Assembly: GCA_048941015.1 (NCBI GenBank)
Contig: JBHLNZ010000094.1
Location: forward strand, 1-11,019
Direction: 5' to 3'
Source of the DNA: Promethearchaeota archaeon
GTDB taxonomy: Archaea; Asgardarchaeota; Lokiarchaeia; Sigyniarchaeales; SOKP01
Length of the DNA: 11,019 bases
Position numbers and translations under genes: made by a program. Under the pieces are notes generated by a model. It saw nothing but the letters and a program-made list of their open reading frames with translations. It made no database searches and was not told the origin of the DNA. Shown here in pieces: positions 7,381 to 11,019 of the stretch. Each line of letters opens with the position of its first letter. Position 1 is the first letter of the stretch.

Positions 7381-9626
7381 TGACAAAATTAAGAGTTAAT
7401 GGAAAAGATGTAGGCGTAGAAATGACAAAGAATGAATATGGGAAAGTTAAAGACTTATTAAAGAGAGACCCTAATATAACTGAATTAGGAATGTTTGATG
7501 TCATGTGGAGTGAACATTGCTCTTATAAATCATCTCGACCTAAATTGAGATTATTTGAAAATGCTGAAGAAAACTATGATTATGTTTTAGCTGGTCCCGG
7601 TCAAGATGCTGGAGTAATAGATATTGGAGATGGATATGCTCTTGCATTTCGAATTGAATCTCATAATCATCCCTCTGCCATTGAACCCTACCATGGAGCC
7701 GCTACTGGAATAGGTGGCATAATTAGAGATATATTATGCATGGGAGTGCGTCCTATAGCTTTATTAGATCCTTTAAGATTTGGTAGATTAAAAGACAATC
7801 CACATTCACAATGGTTGTTTAAGTATGTAGTAAAAGGAATTGCTGATTACGGAAATTGTACAGGTATTCCTACGATAGGAGGAGAAGTTGAATTTGATGA
7901 CAGTTTTGAAAGTAATTGTTTAGTAAATGTTGCATGTATAGGATTGGGGACAATAGAAGATTTTAAGCACGCTCCTAGTAGAGCTTATAATCCTGGAGAT
8001 TATGTAATTCTAATGGGAGGTTCCACTGGAAGAGATGGGATTCATGGAGTAACCTTTGCTTCTCGTACTTTAACTGAGATGTCTGAAGCGGATAGACCCG
8101 CAGTTCAAATTGGTGATCCTTTTACAAAAAAAATGATTATTGAAGCGACATTAGAAGCTATTCAGACAGGTTATGTTAGAGGTTTAAAAGATCTAGGAGG
8201 AGGGGGCTTAACATGTGCAACTAGTGAATTAACTGGAGATGGAAATACTGGAGCAAATATTGATTTAAATAAAGTATTTACTAGAGAACCTGGTATGAAT
8301 TCATATGAGATTATGCTTTCAGAATCACAGGAGCGTATGGCTTTTATTGTCAAACCTGAAGGATTGGAAACTGTTCTGGATGTTTTCAGAAAATATGAGA
8401 TGAATCATGCTGTTATTGGCAAAACAGATGATTCAAAGATTCTTAAGGTATTCGATGGTGGGAATCTTGTAGTTAATATTCCTTCAAAAGCCCTCTCCGA
8501 ATCACCAATATTTATAAGACAGGAGAAACAACCTTCTTATCTTCATAAATTATTAAATCAAAATACTCCAAAACCAAATTTACAATTAGATGATATTTTT
8601 TATAAGTTAATAGCTTCTGAGAACATTTGCAGCAAAGAATGGGTTTATAGACAATATGATCATGAAGTTGGTGTCAGATCAGTAGTTAAATGTGGAGATG
8701 GAGATTCAGGGATTCTGAGAATAATAGGGACAGATAAGTTTATAGCAGCAAGTGTAGGGGTCAATTCAAAACATTGTTTCTTAGATCCATATCATGGTGT
8801 TAAGGGAGGATTAGTTGAACAATGCGGGAATATTATTGCGACTGGTGCAAAACCAATGGCTATGGTAAATTGTTGCAATTTCGGAAATCCTGAAATAGCA
8901 GAATCCTTCTGGTATTTTTCTAGGTCTGTTGATGGTATGAATGATTTCTGCAGAAAGTTAAAGATTCCAATAGTTGGAGGTAATGTTTCTTTTTATAATG
9001 AAGATGAAGTCAAGAAAATAGCCATCAAAGCTACACCTACGATAATGATTGTTGGTCTAATTGAAGGTGAAAAAAATATAATTACAATGCCTTTTAAAAA
9101 TGTGGGAGATGATATTCTCATAATTGGTGAAACAAAAGCAGAATTAGGAGGATCTGAATATCATTCTGTTATTCATAATCTTGAGGGTGGTAAACCCCCT
9201 AAAGTTGATGAAGATAAAATTCATGCGATATGGGATTTTCTTTTTAAACTATACGAAAATGATTTAGTATTAGCTAACCATGATGTTGATAAAGGGGGAT
9301 TTGTAATTACTATTGCTGAGATGTGTTTCAAAAATAAATTGGGTGCAAAGTTAAATTTAAGTTCCTATCATACCAATTCTCTAAGGGATGATGAATTACT
9401 TTTTAGTGAATCAGTGGGAAGATTCATAATTGAGGTTAATTCAAAAAATACAGATAAAATCTTAAAATTAGCTAAAGAATTTCATGTCAATGTTGAAAAA
9501 CTAGGTGTTGTAACTCCAGAATCAAAATTAAGTATTAAAGGATTAAAAACGGGTAATATTAATTTAGATTTGGAAAAGATGAAAAAATTGTATGATTCAA
9601 CAATCCCAGATCTGATGGATATATAA
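7380..9626 (+). CDS. purL: FGAM synthase synthetase subunit PurL (small type)
   Basis: MWSEHCSYKSS, ESHNHPSAIEPYHGAATGIGGIIRD, TGRDGIHG, VQIGDPF, DLGGGG, LSESQER, QYDHEVG, NFGNP, GGNVSFYN. Overlaps the purQ stop (TAATG, 7378-7382). Confidence 0.97.
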   Translation: MTKLRVNGKDVGVEMTKNEYGKVKDLLKRDPNITELGMFDVMWSEHCSYKSSRPKLRLFENAEENYDYVLAGPGQDAGVIDIGDGYALAFRIESHNHPSAIEPYHGAATGIGGIIRDILCMGVRPIALLDPLRFGRLKDNPHSQWLFKYVVKGIADYGNCTGIPTIGGEVEFDDSFESNCLVNVACIGLGTIEDFKHAPSRAYNPGDYVILMGGSTGRDGIHGVTFASRTLTEMSEADRPAVQIGDPFTKKMIIEATLEAIQTGYVRGLKDLGGGGLTCATSELTGDGNTGANIDLNKVFTREPGMNSYEIMLSESQERMAFIVKPEGLETVLDVFRKYEMNHAVIGKTDDSKILKVFDGGNLVVNIPSKALSESPIFIRQEKQPSYLHKLLNQNTPKPNLQLDDIFYKLIASENICSKEWVYRQYDHEVGVRSVVKCGDGDSGILRIIGTDKFIAASVGVNSKHCFLDPYHGVKGGLVEQCGNIIATGAKPMAMVNCCNFGNPEIAESFWYFSRSVDGMNDFCRKLKIPIVGGNVSFYNEDEVKKIAIKATPTIMIVGLIEGEKNIITMPFKNVGDDILIIGETKAELGGSEYHSVIHNLEGGKPPKVDEDKIHAIWDFLFKLYENDLVLANHDVDKGGFVITIAEMCFKNKLGAKLNLSSYHTNSLRDDELLFSESVGRFIIEVNSKNTDKILKLAKEFHVNVEKLGVVTPESKLSIKGLKTGNINLDLEKMKKLYDSTIPDLMDI

Positions 9627-9646
9627 ATTTTAGGTGCATAGTAAAA

Positions 9647-9654
9647 AAGGAGTG
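9647..9654 (+). promoter_or_regulatory. Shine-Dalgarno site (AAGGAGTG) for the purF-like gene
   Basis: Lies directly upstream of ATG 9659. Confidence 0.65.
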
Positions 9655-9658
9655 TAAA

Positions 9659-11019
9659 ATGATCTTCAATAATAATAAAGTAAGAGAATCTTGTGGTGTT
9701 TTCGGTATATCGTGTAATGATTATAGCTATTCAGTTGCGGGCTTAATATATTCTGGTCTTATGGCTCTTCAACATAGAGGTCAATTATTTTCAGGGATAT
9801 CAATAAAAACTAATGAAAATAATATTATTACTTATAAAGATAAAGGATTAGTTTCAAAGGTTCTTAATCCTAAAAAGTTAAAATCCATGATTGGAAATGT
9901 AGGGATTGGTCATGTTTGTTATGGAAAACCTAACTGCACAAATGTTGATAATGCTCAACCTTATCATTCAAAAATTAATAATACAGAATTTTCAATAGCA
10001 ATGAATGGGGTTTTTAGCAATTATAATGAGATTCATAAAGAATTAAGCAAAATGGGAAGAGTATTTACTGGTAATTCTGATATTGAATTAATATCCGTTT
10101 TAATTGAAACGCTTATTAATCTTTTAGGGGATAGGATAAGTGCTATAAAGAAGTTATTCGAATTATTAAAAGGAGCTTATTCTATTATTGTTCTATTTAA
10201 TGATGGAAATATATATGCAATACGAGATCCTAAGGGATATAAACCTCTATGTTATGGGAAATTAAATATTGAAAACAAACTTTTTTTTATTATATCATCA
10301 GAATCATGTGCAATTGATGTTATAGGCGGCAATTTAATAGAAGACGTCTCGCCAGGAGAGATAATAAATATTCATCCTACTAATAAAATTGAAAAATATC
10401 AAATTTTAAATGAGGAAGTTTGCGGGGTATGTGAATTTGAATATATTTATTTTGCTAGACCCGATTCTATCATAGATGGAATACCAGTTGGAGATGTGAG
10501 ATATAAATTAGGACAATTTTTAGCTGAAACAGATGATTTTTTTTCTGAAGATGCTATTGTTGTTCCAATACCAGATTCGGGGAGGAGTGCAGCAATGGGT
10601 TATTCGTGGAAATCTAAAATTCCATATGAAGAAGGTTTAATGAAAAATAGATATATGTGGCAGCTTAAAAGTGAAGTTGAACAAAAGTTAAATCCTATTA
10701 AAGAAGTAGTAAAAGACAAGGATATAATTTTAGTAGATGATTCTATAATAAGTGGAAATACTATGAAAAAGATAATATCAATGCTTAGAAATGCAAAAGC
10801 TAACTCAATTCATGTACGAATTAGTTGTCCTCCTATTATAAAAAATTGCGAATTTAATGATAGCATATCAAATCGAGAGTTGTTAATAGCTTTTCAAGCA
10901 AAAGTTAGAAATTATGATAACTTTAACGAAGAAATGAGAAAATTTTTAGGAGCTGATAGTTTAAAATTTCAAAGTGTAGATGGGCTATTCAATGCTATTG
11001 GAACTGAAGAAAATAAAGG
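9659..11019 (+). CDS. purF: Amidophosphoribosyltransferase-like (PurF family) protein with degenerate active-site motifs; 3'-truncated by the window end
   Basis: Not in the ORF track because it has no stop codon in the window. Manual translation gives 453 uninterrupted codons: MIFNNNKVRES-CGVFG...LQHRGQ...GIGHVCYG...NAQP...MNG...SDIE...KGAYS...RDPKGYKPLCYG...SSESCA...CEFEYIYFARPDS...VPIPDSG...KNRY...LVDDSIISGNT...HVRISCPP...LGADSL. Confidence 0.9.
   Translation, partial: MIFNNNKVRESCGVFGISCNDYSYSVAGLIYSGLMALQHRGQLFSGISIKTNENNIITYKDKGLVSKVLNPKKLKSMIGNVGIGHVCYGKPNCTNVDNAQPYHSKINNTEFSIAMNGVFSNYNEIHKELSKMGRVFTGNSDIELISVLIETLINLLGDRISAIKKLFELLKGAYSIIVLFNDGNIYAIRDPKGYKPLCYGKLNIENKLFFIISSESCAIDVIGGNLIEDVSPGEIINIHPTNKIEKYQILNEEVCGVCEFEYIYFARPDSIIDGIPVGDVRYKLGQFLAETDDFFSEDAIVVPIPDSGRSAAMGYSWKSKIPYEEGLMKNRYMWQLKSEVEQKLNPIKEVVKDKDIILVDDSIISGNTMKKIISMLRNAKANSIHVRISCPPIIKNCEFNDSISNRELLIAFQAKVRNYDNFNEEMRKFLGADSLKFQSVDGLFNAIGTEENK

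Noticed and set aside
8171-8353. Minus-strand 60-aa ORF
   Set aside because: Antisense shadow inside purL; its PPP run mirrors the GGG codons.
9659-11019. Calling the purF-like gene a pseudogene, or suspecting frameshifts at the poly-T runs near 10281 and 10537
   Set aside because: The frame stays open through both runs and to the window end, with the RBS and structural motifs intact.

Overview
A strongly AT-rich window with all genes on the + strand, probably archaeal. The evidence is a BRE/TATA-like promoter, GGTGA-type ribosome-binding sites and split purS/purQ/purL. An Asgard/Lokiarchaeia-like origin is plausible but cannot be proven from the sequence. The left part is a tightly coupled three-gene module: a 5'-truncated FAD-linked oxidoreductase of the alkyl-DHAP-synthase/YgcU type, a ferredoxin plus double-CCG-domain Fe-S protein, and an FGGY kinase. 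The middle holds an alpha/beta hydrolase with an atypical nucleophile elbow and a MazG-like dNTP pyrophosphatase. The right part is a purine biosynthesis cluster: purC, a small two-TM ORF, purS, purQ, purL, and a purF-like gene from 9659 to the window end that is missing from the ORF track. The most notable observation is that this PurF-like protein has an intact frame and fold but has lost its glutamine-binding Arg, the GRTFI flexible loop, the PRPP-loop Arg and the CFYGID motif. It looks like a pseudoenzyme or repurposed paralogue. No RNA genes, CRISPR arrays or mobile elements were seen.
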